Shown here one piece after another: positions 27,701-40,961 of a stretch of DNA of 64,000 nucleotides; the stretch's first letter is position 1; each line of letters starts with the position of its first letter. The stretch spans positions 15,810,001-15,874,000 of the forward strand of contig NC_079168.1 of NCBI RefSeq assembly GCF_947568905.1. The letters are read 5' to 3'. The translations under genes were made by a program, and so were the position numbers. The stretch is from Ostrea edulis (lineage: Eukaryota). Below the pieces are notes generated by a model, which worked only from the letters and a program-made list of their open reading frames with translations, had not been told where the DNA came from and did no database searches.

Positions 27701-28921
27701 CAAAACTTCATTACATTCAGTCAAATGTGCAAAAGAATTTGTATGGACCAGTGTTTTTTTTAAATATCGAGGAAAAGTGTATTGTTGACAAATTAAACGA
27801 CGTTTCGGCTTTGTTGTGACATGTTTTGAACGACGGCCATCAATTTTATTAAATCAGTGGTTCAAAACGATAACAGTGATTTAATGGCTCCTTAATTTTC
27901 AATGGATGTATTCCTTGGCTGGCGATCTAGTGGCAGACAGTAATCAGACCAATCTGAACATGACATGAAATCGAATCTAGTGCGTACATTGTCTGTGGTT
28001 CACAAAAAGAGAATATCAACATATACAATATATTAAAGTACTTACCTTTGATTGTTGTTACTCCAACATCATTTCCTAAAATATTGAACGCTGAACAAGT
28101 ATATTCTCCTAAGTCAATTTCACTCATATTTGTTATCTTTAATGTATAGGAATACGAGTATTTGCTATGCATTTCTCGTCCAATTTTAAGTTCAATGTTG
28201 TTTTTGGTCCAAGAAACAACTGGAGGTGGATTTCCTAAAACATCACACTTAAGTCCCATGTCTAATCCGGTCATCAATGCCACCTCTGCTTGGACTAGAA
28301 CTTTTGGAGCAACTGAAAAACAAATCACAGATCGTTTGATTGTCGGGTTTGGATACGACTTCCAGACAGGGTCGAATTTATGGAAAACTGAAAAAAATCT
28401 TTAAAATTAGGTCATGCCGTGGTTGTTCTAACGGACAGTGGTTTTCATACCTTGTCGTTCGAGTCAACGCAAAGTTTAACTTTGAGGTAACGTAAAATGT
28501 TTTATTGGTCATAAACCCGTGTACTCGTCGTACACAGAATCGCAAAACCACCGCACGGGTGCACGTGCATATAATACATTCAAAGTTTTATGACCAGAGT
28601 GTTTCACCTCTCCAATCGTCCCGAGCTCACTTTGTATTTATCATAGTCATTATCGCACGGATTTTTACAATATACTAGTATTTAAGATGTTAAGGTTTGT
28701 ATGGGTATCTTTCGGAAAAAGTCCAATTGCTGTGTTGTGTGCAGCACGTCCTGTCGTGACTCGTGATGCACTCACGGCCGTATTTTTCCTCGTGGTAATT
28801 GTATTAGAATATAAATTGGAAAGAATTCTAAGGAAGGAACTCATTCAATGTCTATCTTGGAGAGCGATAAATTCAAATGTTTTATTTTCAATTACTATCA
28901 AGATTGTTTATTTGTATCTTT

Positions 28922-28994
<73 letters not shown>

Positions 28995-31900
28995 CTAATC
29001 GTGGAGGCCAGACCCATCATAAGTAATAAAAAGAACAGACACATCAGTATTTAGTGAAAGCTACAAAACAAAGAGAAGCACTATCTGTTAAGGTAACTCA
29101 GTGCTCGCAGTTTTATCTGATACAAGTTCAAAATGTGCATTTATTTCCATTCATTAGAGTTAAAACTAACAAATTGTCAAATAAAATACATAGGTCATCA
29201 CACTTTTTAAGATGTGAGACGTACATGAACAGACTCATATATCACCGTCAGAAAATTGCAATTTTCCATAAACAGTGATATTAAAATTCCATACAAACTG
29301 GTTATGACGATATAGTAGCATTCATAACAATTTCATGAAACTGTATCTTCACAAAAATATATAAAATGTCTTTAAAAAATAAAGGAAATCATCGCATAAT
29401 AGACTTGATAAAGAAAGCAATGGAAACAGAGTTCTTGCCCTTGGATTCAATATTTTGAAATGCATTATTGATTATTCATCTATAACTTAGACTTTTGAAA
29501 TATTTTATTCTTAACAGGATTTTTTACAATAACTATAGGAAAAGACTACAACAAAATTTATGTTCCTAACATGCATAAATCTAAATAAATCATTGATTTT
29601 GCAAAATCTGATGACATCACAGGAGGGTGGAATTACTTTAACTGTCATTAATGAGGTTTCTTTTGTCATTGCTTAGATTTATTAGTTTCTAAACTTATTT
29701 GTCTGATAATATATGTTTACATATTGTAATAATTCTGAATCCTCTGCCATTTGCCTGTATTGTACACAGTGTACCTATGAGCCACAGGGCTCCTTTGGTC
29801 AATAAACAATAAATAAACCCAATCATCAGACAATTAAAATTATTATATTGGTTATATTATACTAATTTCAGCTCGATGGTTCTTCTTTTCTCGGACAATA
29901 ACTACTAACACAACAACCTAAATATCACAAAGCGACGACACCGTCTCCTTACGTGCATGAAGGTCCTTCAATCACTTGAATCTTGTCACAGAAAATGTTA
30001 TGTACAAGAAGGGTATATGTATGTCACATCATAGACATTAGTGCAATGGACATATTCTTATGTTCTTGCGTGAAACTGAATGATGGGATTGTTATCAATG
30101 GAGGAAAGAACGATAATTCACAATTTCGTCTCTATGTTAAGTTGGGGAATTTTGCTAAATCTTACATTCTACGTCGACTGTAATGTTCCTGGAATCCATC
30201 ACTCCATTCTCATTCGTCGCCTCACAAACGTATAATCCTGCGTCATCACGATTTATGCTCTCTATTATATAATTCATGCCGTTTCCCACTGAAAATGATA
30301 AGGATTGTTGATTTTAGGACCAATTTATGCAAAATGTATACAAACTGTCTTGAATATCTGTCTGTGTTGTATTGTGATAGGATATCTTTAAACACAGATA
30401 AATGAATTCTCGATTGTTGGCAGAAGAGGGTTAACAAAACAGCTTTATATCTCAGAATAGATGAAAACAGTTACCTTCAGATTTTTCCGGTCGTGAAATA
30501 TATGACGTTTTGCTAATCTTATACCACTTGATGTGATATCCACTGTTAGCTAGGGCTTTGCAGTATAATGTTAATTTTTCTTCCTCCAGCAGATTTTGAT
30601 CATCGCTTGATTCAGTAATTTTTATAAAGGAAGCTGAAAAAGTTAGAATTTCTTGTATTGCATAATACTTAACGGAGTCATCTCGCTCGTTTTCTTTTTT
30701 CTTTCTAAAATACAGAAACTCACCATAGTTTGCCTTAACAGATGGACCACCATAATCCGGAAAAAAAATTGACAATCTGTAACTCATGCAGGACAACCAC
30801 CTGCTTATAAGTTTTACAATACAGAAGAAAGTTTATAAATGTTTTCTTTTTCATATTTCCTTGGTTACATTGCTTATATAAAAAAATTACAATAAATTTC
30901 TTCTACCGCCCAAGATCTGATAATTTTCATTAGCTAAATTTTAATATGATGTCAAAATTGATAATGTTATTTGAAATGTGCAGTCTTCATTTTAAACTTC
31001 AATATGTTTCCTCTGTGAAACTTAGGAGTATGATAACAAACATAATTATACCATGAGGAGGAATATGCCTGTATGACTATTTGAAATTCTGGACCGTCAT
31101 TCTCGATCCCCTTATCCAAGTTATAAATGCTTACCTACTTTCTCTATGCCACTTGTTCCAACACACACAGAGCTTCCATTGAGTCTATGGTAGAAGTCTA
31201 TACACGTAAAGGGCCATTCAAAGTCTAAATTGTTTAATGCAGAGGCACATCCACCCTGACTCTGTTCACAAAGGTACGGACACACGGGATAGACAGTGTC
31301 ATTAACACACGGCGGAAAATATGTTCCGCAGAGAAATGGCAGCATGTATTTACTACATTGAATTACTGGATAGAATTGGCTGAACTCCAGAGATGCATCC
31401 TCCTGTTTCCTGTGCCCTTTACTGTTTGGAAGCAATGTGAAATTTGACTGTAAAACTCCTTGACACTTCCGAACACTCATCTTCTCACACCGTGACTCTT
31501 TGATCTCTAAAATTGAAACTAGATACTGATAATGTATAGAACCTAGAAGTGTACTTGGTGCTATACAACAAAACTACAAGAGTATACACAACATTTTGTT
31601 ATTGTTATTGCAAATAAAACCCAGTAATTGAACTTCATCTTCATTCTTTATTTTCGTAAAATTACAGATGTAATTTTATTTCATTATGAATTTAGTGATG
31701 TGTGTTACATTATCGATCTAAAATTGTTCCACCGTTTGAATTTGAAATTTGAATATTATTTTGAGAAATTGTCACGTAATGTTTTTCTTTGATACGGAAT
31801 GCAGTATTTCAAATATATTTTATTATCGTTGATTTAAAAATGAGTCTTCGACAATGGACAGTTTATGAGATTTCAATAGAATTTTCAACGTTGAAAACTT

Positions 31901-34900
31901 GGTCTGAGAACTATACATGATAAGTCTATTTACCTCCACCCCCAATTGACGGCCAGCTTTTACGTCAAAATCAAATGCTTCTTGTGCAAACGTTTGACCG
32001 AAATGACTTAGATAGCACTAATTATGACACAATAAAGATGACATTTAATTTTCTAACCGTTGTCGATAGTCCGCATGAAAAATGTGTATTTTTCACACAA
32101 GTTATCTAACGCAGCTTGAACATAATTCATATAAAAATTATATCTAGAATGATTTATCATTGTAGCATATATAAGTGACATTTTCTGTGTTTGTTGTTAA
32201 AAACTGTCTAGAACAAATTGAGTTAATTTATACTCCATTTACTTCAACATAAGATTAACGTTGAATTACGGTTGTTGAATGTTGCAACCATTATCCAACA
32301 CTGTGAGCCCACTAGCGCAGGGTCTAAACTTCTACACGTACCTGAGAGTATTTGAGAGAGTTCTATCTGACCCTGAGTTGTTCCGGCATTGTTGGAGGCC
32401 TTGCAAGTGTACACTCCAAAGTCATAAGACTCCAGAGCACTGATGATTAATGAGTATCTGGCGGTATGGGAAGTAGAATCATAGACGCTGAAAGTGGTTC
32501 GGTAGTCTTTTGTGAGTTGCTTCCCTTTATACCACCACGTGACGTTTCCACGTGGATATCCCTCCACAATGCACTGCAGTCGCACCTCTTTACCACGCTC
32601 TTGTTCTACCCGTTTTGGGGCTGTTATTATTGGCATCACTGTGAGAAGTTAAGGCATGAAGATTAACACAGTCATTTTACACTGTACACTTTGATATTGT
32701 CGCTCGTGTTATTCTGACCCGACATCACTTTACTTGAAATCTATCATGATAATTTGCTTAAAGAAATCGAAAATAATGCAATACATACTGGTATATTACA
32801 AAAATTCTCAAAACTTATGGAGAGGACTTGCATAGGAAATACCTGTCGTTCAATCCATATATCTTGATACATAATGAATTTTTATTTTAAAGTCTCAAAA
32901 CAATTCATTTTATTATATGATTGAATAATTCCTAGCTCTCTAATTGGCTGAGATCCAACAATGTAGAAATCATACTACGTTATGTTTACCTGCACGTGAC
33001 CTTCCAGGTGAACATAAGGAATTATTTTTTCCACATAGGACCAAAAATAGACCTTCCAGGTGAACATAAGGAATTATTTTTTCCACATAGGACCAAAAAT
33101 AGGTCGTTGGAACTTACAATTAAAGCAAAGAACAATCTTGAAGAGTTTTTTAATCATTTAATCATATAATAAAACAATTATTGCTGTTTTTGAGGTCAAT
33201 ACGATGATTTAGACACCTGAGGAGTACAATATTCACCGAGCCCGAAGGGCCCTTCGGGCTCGGTGAATATTGTACTCCTCAGGTGTCTAAATCATCGTAT
33301 TGACCTCAAAAACAGCAATAATTGTATATTGTTTTATTTTTTTAAAAAAATGATCATACGTTGAACATTAACACGGAAGTATCTGTCTGCATGGGGTGAA
33401 ATTCCGTTGTCGGCCCGACATGTGTAGATCCCCCCGGAATCACGTGTTACATTTAGTGAAAAATAAGAGCCTGTTGTTCCTAGGTCTACAAAATACAAAT
33501 ACAACTTGAAAAATTGTCCAAAATTCTAGGAGATCGTTAGTACATACATATGCTTTAGAATTGAACATAGAAATTGTTTAAAGTTAAATTTCATTTTAAG
33601 CTATTATTAAAATATACTAGATGAGTAGTTCCGGTACGAAATAATTATGACTTGAATTTTCCAGACCTTCAAGTAGTCGAACTCCATTATCTAATATCTC
33701 CTTGTACCATTTGACGGTTGGAAGAGGAGTTCCCGTAACTTGGCAGCGAATCATGAGCTTGTCCCCAAGAAACGTGTTCACTGTCCTGTTCTGGTTCAGG
33801 ATACGAGGCGGTGCTATAAAACAACGCACCTGTTTTATTTCAATGAAAAGACAAATTATCATCTCTACCTCTTTTCTTCTTCTTCAGTTCATATTTGGGT
33901 TCTGTTTACGTTGGGGGATCACTTTGATAGTTGTGCCAACCGTTGTTTGAACATGAAAAGGTTACTGACATATAAAAGTACACAGTTTTCGCTCTTTCAC
34001 AGAGTATACTATCAATCATAAACATTCTTTGTAATTTAATACCAATAATCATTTTCTTAAATCCCGTGGGGATTCCGGGTTAGAATAGGTCCTCAGTACT
34101 CCTTGCTTGTCGTACGAGGCGACTAAATGGGGCGGTCCTTCGAACGAGACCGCGAAAACCGAGGTCCCGTGTCACAGCAGGTGTGGCACGATAAGCACAC
34201 CCCCCCCCCCCGCTCAAAGGCCATAATCACCGAGCATAGGCCTAATTTTTGCAGCCCTTCACCGGCAATGGTGACGTCTCCACATGAGTGAAATATTTTC
34301 GAGAGGGACGTTAAACAATATTCAATCATTTTCTCACACACACACACGCCTACACCCACATAAAACCTTTAATCGGAGGGCATGTTTTACCTTTAACCCA
34401 AAAATTAACAGTTGGTTCTGCGATGGTAGTATTTTCTTACCTTTAATTCAAAGATTAACATTTGGTCTGTGACCGGATGCATTTTTTTCCTCTTAATCCG
34501 AAGATTAAGATTTATGCTGTAATCGGATGGTATAACCCCAAAATTAACATTTGATTTGTAATCTGGTGGCAATTCTTACTTATGATCATGAGACTTTTTT
34601 TTTTTTTTTTTACCTTTAACCCAAAGATAAACATTTGATCTATGATCTGGTGGCATTCTATTACCTTTAATCCAAAGATTAACGATCTGGACAAGCGTGG
34701 CCCCTTTCATGCATCGGTACTCTGCCTGATCCGAGGACTTGAGATTTGAAATAGTCAAACCCCAATCGTCAGCGTACTCTTGCTTGAGCTTATATCTGTT
34801 CCGGTCACTGGCCACCACATTAATGCCGTGGGAGATCGTCTCTTGGTAAGGCCCTTGCCATAGGACCTGGTAAAGAAAGGTATTTCAATTTGGACCACAA

Positions 34901-37900
34901 TAGTGCTTCAAATTACAAAATAAGTTCATGTATGAAATCAAATTAATTGATGTTTTGATTTCAGATATCAGATCACGATAGCTGTATAACTGGCGGTTCT
35001 ATATGTGTTACATGTACATACCTTAAGAAACCAGTATATGTAATTTATAAAACTATCCATTGGTAGCATGTATACTTACAGTTTCATACAGACCGATATT
35101 TTTCACAGAACATGGCAGGTGAGCCTGGCCCCCAGCGGTCCCTGTGACGTTAACAGCAGGGCTTAACTGTGCTGTGAAAAGTAAAACTATGGCTTTACAA
35201 AACTGACAGAACGTTAAGGGTTGATCATTTGGAAAAGTTGCTATCAAACTTCAAATACCAACCTCGCTTAGACTTGATTTGTGGATTGTCATGTGGTATT
35301 TTTTATCGTATTATCATTCATAGAAAGAACAGTTTCTCCCCGGAATGGAAGGGGGATACAGTGTATGATAGTCTTGCTAAATGATCATGGTATACATATG
35401 AAGCGTTTCTGTGAAATAATCCGAATTTTCTTAATTTGAAGTATCTATGATGCGATAGTCGAAAAAATATTGGATACAGTTTCGCAAAAGCTGACAATAC
35501 CCGTCAGTTATTGATTTAAACTGACAGGCAGGAATTAGCAATCAAGCTGAGGAGAATATTCTAAGAAATTTCTTTAACATGCACAGATTGTTGGATAAGA
35601 TAATGTGAAGGATGTATTTGCTCTTTCTCTCTCTCTCTCGATAACATTTCAGTGAAGAAAACACATTTCATGTATTATATGATAATTTGTTTACTTAATT
35701 GAATATATGCAACATTAATCATATCATATAGGCCTATATGTCATAACGAATTCAAAATGGGAGTTTCATATTCTCAATAAAATATCACACCCATCATGCA
35801 GTTGTTGATAATGGCCATTTTGGCAATTTCTGTTTTCCGTAACCAATAAGCAAACAGAAAACCACATACTTACCAAATAAAAAAATAAGTAGATAGACCA
35901 ATTACGTAGTCATACCAATTTTGTAAACAGAACTTGCATGCTCAGAAATCGGTCTCAAATGATTGACACAATTGTGTACTGAATTCCACGCCCCTCTCTT
36001 CCTCATCATTCCATTCGTTTGCGCTCTTGGTCGAGAAAACGTGTCTGGTGTTATATAAAAAAATAAACGTATAATGCATGCCCCTCTTTCCCATGTTATT
36101 ATTTAAAGAGTTTTCATGCCCATCACTAATTCAAACACATTAATTCTTATCAGAGAATCCTAAAACTGTCGACTATTTAGATATTGCACGAAGGTTTTCT
36201 GCAATGAACTTTGTGCATGTGAGAAAAAGGAAATGCCTCTGAACTCTGATCAAAATTTACACCACATTACGCAAATATTTGTCTGGAGATTAATGCTAAG
36301 ATAAAAGACCTCTTGTACACTAAATCAATGGGATTGAATTATTTTTCAAAAACGTAATAAAGAAAACCATATTTTTTTCTTCCGTTAAACTTTAAATTGT
36401 TTTTAGTCCCAGAAATAGATTCTCTGACTTCAGCGGGAAACCGAAGTGTATACGCCTTGCTGTTTGGAGGCCTCTGATGTCGGAATATGACCCTAAAACA
36501 CCACGTAGGTTAATATTATCCAACCGCGATTTAAATAACATCATAACATTTGATTTGAAGGATGCATTGGCGGATCTAATGGGGGAGTATGGGGATGCAA
36601 CCTTCCCCCTTGGTTGGAGGGAAATAAGGTCATTTCGTGCCTTTTGGGGTCTGCAACCCCTTCCCTCCCCTTTCGGACGTAAAAAAGTACCATCTTCGAT
36701 GACAATCCCCTTTGAAAATTTTCTGTATCCTCCTCCTGGATGACGGGTATAATTATGAAGATTTTGAGAGACGTGATAAGAAAAGTACACATTCTGGAAG
36801 TACGTGTTTGCAGTTTAATTGGCTCTTGTACAAGATACGGTGTATAAGATTATAAGAAAAAGAGCACATCAACTTCTAAGTCTGTCTTGAAATTTAGAAA
36901 AGATTTCCTTCAAATACTGGTAAGTCGCTACGTATTTAATCTGTCTGCCCAACCTAACGTGCGAACATGATGACGAATGAGCATTTATCATCACTATATG
37001 AACAGAGTGGCAAATTCTTGAAAGGGGTTTGCTATCTTTGAAACATTCAAACACAAAGCACCTGCTCCCCACTATTTTTCGTTTTATTGCAAGGTTTGTT
37101 CTTAGATGAAAGATACGAAAATAGATTGATTTTGTGAACTATTTTACCTCTAAAATGTCATGCCAAACCAAAATATTCTTTCCACTGTTAGATGTTTCAA
37201 AGTAATTTGGATAGAGAATATACATTGCTTTTAACATTATTTAATTACATGTTGGGCTGATTGACATTTAGTTAGCCTCGTTCAACCAAACACTCTACTA
37301 TTTCTGTAAACTGCAACGAGCAAGATTGACAATGCTCAGAGATCTTATACATGTATTATATATGGCCCTTAATTACCAATTAAAATATATGTCAATGACA
37401 GAGGAGTCATACTTCCAACAAATGGTCTCCCATGATAATTTTGTAAAAATGGTGTACAGGACAGTCTTTCCATATCCTGTTGGCGGTACGGCAAAACATA
37501 TTTCCCCGACAACTAAATTTGTCGAAACATTTGATCTACACGTCTTGGAGTTTGATTCATTCCTTTAAACGTCTTAGTCAATCAGATTCAATACAAATAT
37601 TTTGGTAAGTCTCGTTCTGGCATTACAACGGTACCAGACTTTCGCTCGTTGGAGCTTGCGGAAACAGCCGGATGTCCGGTCATTTAGTTTGTTAACTAGC
37701 TACAGACCTAAAGCTCTCGGGGAGAAAAACTGTATGTCTTTAATATTCTTTTTTTTTCTAGAGAGCTAGAAATGTCTGCATCTATTTTTTTTTTTTTTTT
37801 TACATAGATAAGGATTTATACATTCTTCAAATGATCACTCTTTCACCATATACAGATTCCGATCCTTATAAACACGTGACAAATATTACACGTGTATCTC

Positions 37901-40900
37901 CTGTTTTACATTCCCTCTCACACGGAATCCGACAAAACATGACATGATTTCTAAAACAATAACGATTCTATCATACCCAAAACACCGCGTGTGGAGGAAA
38001 AACATTAGGCTAATCTTTATTGCATATGACGGGGTCTAGATGATCTCTTCACACCTAAACGGTGGTTAAATAGTAAAACCATCTGCCAAGGGCTTAAGTC
38101 TAGCAAACGTGAGCCAGATCCAGTAGTAGAATGCCACCAGGCACATCCCTTCAATCTTAATTCAAAACATTCAGAACTTGCTTTGTCTGTTAAAACTAAC
38201 GCCATACCTTATATATATCCTGAATTCGCGCGTTTTAAAATTGCGGTTCTCAAAAGTTTTTATCAAATTACAGAAAAGGATGAATTGAAATACACAAACC
38301 AGATATTCTTAAGTTTGTCGTATCACATAAGGATCCTTGTTTCATGACTTAAATGCATGGTTGGTTTGTCAAAGTTATACAAAGAGCATGTCTACGATAA
38401 AACCATAAAAATTTGAAAAATGTCCATAAAATTTAACTCGTCTACGAAGAACAACGAGTTACACTCCTTGGAAACCAAGAATATTCCAATCGCTATAAAC
38501 TAGGTTGAATTTCCTTTTTGACTCCTAGCTTCTACGATGCTAGTTAGTGGCTGCTAGCTTCAGTTTATTATTATTTTTAAGAATATAAGTAATTAATTAC
38601 ACGACGCAAAATATCTGTTGGTTTTGATAATGTAAACTTCGAACATTTATTGCTAATTCTTGCGAAAATGTTCAGTCGAAATTGCCCTATGCTTCTTCTT
38701 GACCAATACTAACAATCATGGATATGAATTAGAGACAATAGCACACAGTCAAGATCTAATTTCCCTGAGTTATTGTGTATTGTTAATTTAGTGTGCATTA
38801 TTGATTATTTCAGACTCTAAAAGAACTATTTCAAGTACGATGCACAATGTATTTTCATAATTCTGACATATATGATACAATGTCGCCCAATGTATAATTC
38901 TGATAGTATGATATAATGTCGCCTATTTAGTGTGCATTATAGATTTATTTCAGACTCTCCACAGAATACTTTAAAAGAACTATTTCAAGTACGATGCACA
39001 AAACATAAGTCTGACATGTATGATATAATGTCGCATTTATACAGTGTACATTAATTGCATACTATCCAACCTTCCCAATAATTTTTATATAAGCAAAGTC
39101 TGCTTTTCACATTATCGGTAAATTTTCCGTAGATCAATTTCAATATTTGTTTGGCTATTTTCATAAGTTAATTATCTATAATATCAAAAACATGGTGAAT
39201 GTCTGCCGACTGCGGTAATGACATCAATTTTATGAGCAAGATTTTGTAATAAAGATGGAGGAATATTGTATATTATGACCAGACGTGGGGTGTCGAGATC
39301 AGATATAATTTTCCAATATTCCCGAAGCAGCATCAATTGTACATGTAATAAAGTCAGTTTACGATTCTGGGTTAAACTAAGCCAATGTGCAGTATACAGC
39401 TTTCAAGAAGCCAAATAGTTTTTGACAAGAGCACAAAGCAAGATTTGTACAAATGAACAACATGCCCCTCTCTACTGCACGGCATATATTCCCATGTTAT
39501 GACGGGGGTGGTAATAAAATTTGGTAGTAAATATTGCAAGTGCACTATATCCGTTTTGCTGCATGCAATTAGTTCTCTAATAATCCTGGGCCAATTAATA
39601 CGACAAGTACCATGATACGTTCCTCTCATTTTGTTGCATAGCTAATTATGCATCGCATCAAAGGGAGCGAGTTTTACTGAATTAACACACATATACTGGA
39701 AATAATAAGGTGATGACTAAGAGAGAACCGAATTTCGAAAACGCCCAACAGTTAAAGGAAATTAGGTCTGTTGTTCTCCGAGGATTCTTGCTATATATAT
39801 GATAAATTGGATAATAAAAAATACATTGACGAATAGTTATAACGCTAAATTATTTCCAACATCTTGCAGTCTAACAACGAGGCTACGCTTCTGTTTTAAA
39901 CGAAAATGAAAATTAGGTAAATTTACGAGACGTGGGTGTTGAAATATGTCAATTAGAAAAAGTTCAAGAGCAAAAGTCAAATATACAGAATAATATGGTA
40001 AACTTATCAGATAAAAACTAGACATTTATAGTTTTTTGTATTAAAGCTTATCAGTGAGGAATTTAGTTTATTCGGTTCAGCAAATAAGTATTTTTATGTC
40101 TCGGTACTCATGGGTAAACATTATTCAATGATCTCTGTGATGTACATGTACCTTCTGTTTTTCGCCCCAACAAGTCTTATCTATAAATTTTCTTGCACAT
40201 AATAACTGTTGCATAATAATGGAAACCATGCATAAATATCTCTACACAAGTTGTACACGCTTTGGGGCCTAGACGCGTCTAGAAATGGTATATTCTAAAT
40301 ATTAATGATATAAAGTTCCGACACTTTTTCTCTCATTGATACAATCTAGATATTATAAGACCGCATACAGCGACCTTCAGCAATCGTCAGTGTTTTGGTT
40401 TTTGCGTTCAGTACAGGTCAATAGGGTCTGTGGGAATCATGAAAGAGAAAAACACGTCTCAAGTCCATCGATATGCCAAAATTCGTAACAAACGTGCGAA
40501 TTCCATGATCAGAACCACGTGTAATGATCTGGTGGTAGAAAGGCTCGTTATGTCATACTTAGCCTGGGTTACTGCTGCTGTACGTTGATTATGAATACCT
40601 TTGAATAGATACAAGTGGGTTCACAAAATAAAATTTGGTTTCACTATCATCAATAACAGATGAAAATCTCAGCCTTCACTGGAAACCAATAATGAAGGTA
40701 TAAAAAAAATCAGATAGCATTCTTTTCACCAACCGCAAAATATGCCCCGTCTTACCGGGGAAAGTGCATCAGAAACGGATACCTCCTTCATCAATGAGTC
40801 GTCATTTAAACTTTTGAACCCCAGTTTCAAAAAGAAAACCAATTATAAATAACATGGTACAACATATTCCAAATACATTTAACATAGGGGTAGCTGTGAG

Positions 40901-40961
40901 TGTACTTACCCCGTACATGTAGTACTCCCACAAAATGAACAGTGAGTAGCAGGCGATACAT
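24626..40961 (-). CDS. Secreted/cell-surface protein: signal peptide - Ig x3 - Frizzled CRD - Ig x2 - S/T-rich repeats - possible GPI signal (about 790 aa)
   Basis: GT-AG exons in frame: 40961-40910 (MYRLLLTVHFVGVLHVR), 35171-35080, 34866-34665, 33813-33667, 33485-33360, 32638-32342, 31506-31135 (10-Cys Fz CRD), 30633-30475, 30288-30166, 28312-28046, 25414-24917. Terminal exon uncertain (candidate 24672-24626, VAGVGLVLYFSSVIH*). Ig motifs C..W and DxGxYxC are present. Confidence 0.82.
24692..24762. repeat. (CT)n microsatellite
   Basis: Direct reading. Confidence 0.97.
24905..25345 (-). repeat. 75-bp coding tandem repeat, six copies of an exon-end plus donor site
   Basis: acttaccttc at 24911, 24986, 25061, 25136, 25211, 25286; unit translates as GRPTAEQSRESSTSPVAEGKFQSLT. 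Confidence 0.95.
25935..26890. mobile_element. Penelope-like family A cluster (RT fragment minus, upstream 3'-end copy minus, inverted 3' copy plus)
   Basis: QQSVGIPMGTNCAPLFADLFLYSYEAEFIQKLL; tail ORF MLTPPRHLIPPLVCPGVRV at 26371-26595 (-); plus-strand tail 26600-26885. Confidence 0.75.
26099..26275 (-). mobile_element. tRNA-SINE (V-SINE-like) inserted in the PLE RT
   Basis: B box GGTTTGAATCC, ggtcggtggtctcttcccaggtac..ccaccaataaaaactgg core, (caat)n tail. Splits gactgttgga from ..aaagactacgaagat (compare uninterrupted 9560-9600). Confidence 0.7.
28925..28993. repeat. Compound (AT)n(GT)n microsatellite
   Basis: Direct reading. Confidence 0.97.
29246..29642. mobile_element. Partial Kolobok-like MITE related to 42376-42903
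   Basis: Clear similarity to 42532-42903; ends ggagggtggaattact|ttaa. Confidence 0.6.
32999..33102. repeat. Exact 52-bp tandem duplication
   Basis: accttccaggtgaacataaggaattattttttccacataggaccaaaaatag x2. Confidence 0.95.
33174..33325. repeat. Perfect 152-bp spacerless palindrome
   Basis: Two 76-bp arms symmetric about 33249/33250 (gcccgaaggg|cccttcgggc). Confidence 0.95.
34063..34330 (+). mobile_element. MetaSINE-like SINE
   Basis: ggtcccgtgtcacagcaggtgtggcacgata central domain; tail gagggacgttaaacaatattcaatc. Confidence 0.75.
34380..34690 (-). repeat. Degenerate about 50-bp tandem repeat of an exon end plus donor
   Basis: ttacctttaa(c/t)(c/t)caaa recurs at about 34388, 34438, 34610 and 34661. 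Confidence 0.8.

Noticed and set aside
27790-27860. gccgaaacgtcg resembling half a hammerhead (minus strand)
   Set aside because: No CUGANGA core or pairing stems at the proper distance.
36477-36790. Overlapping 83-132 aa ORFs on both strands
   Set aside because: GC-rich patch resembling a common MITE (gcggatcta..ggggg) within the first intron of the Ig-Fz gene, with no coding signature.
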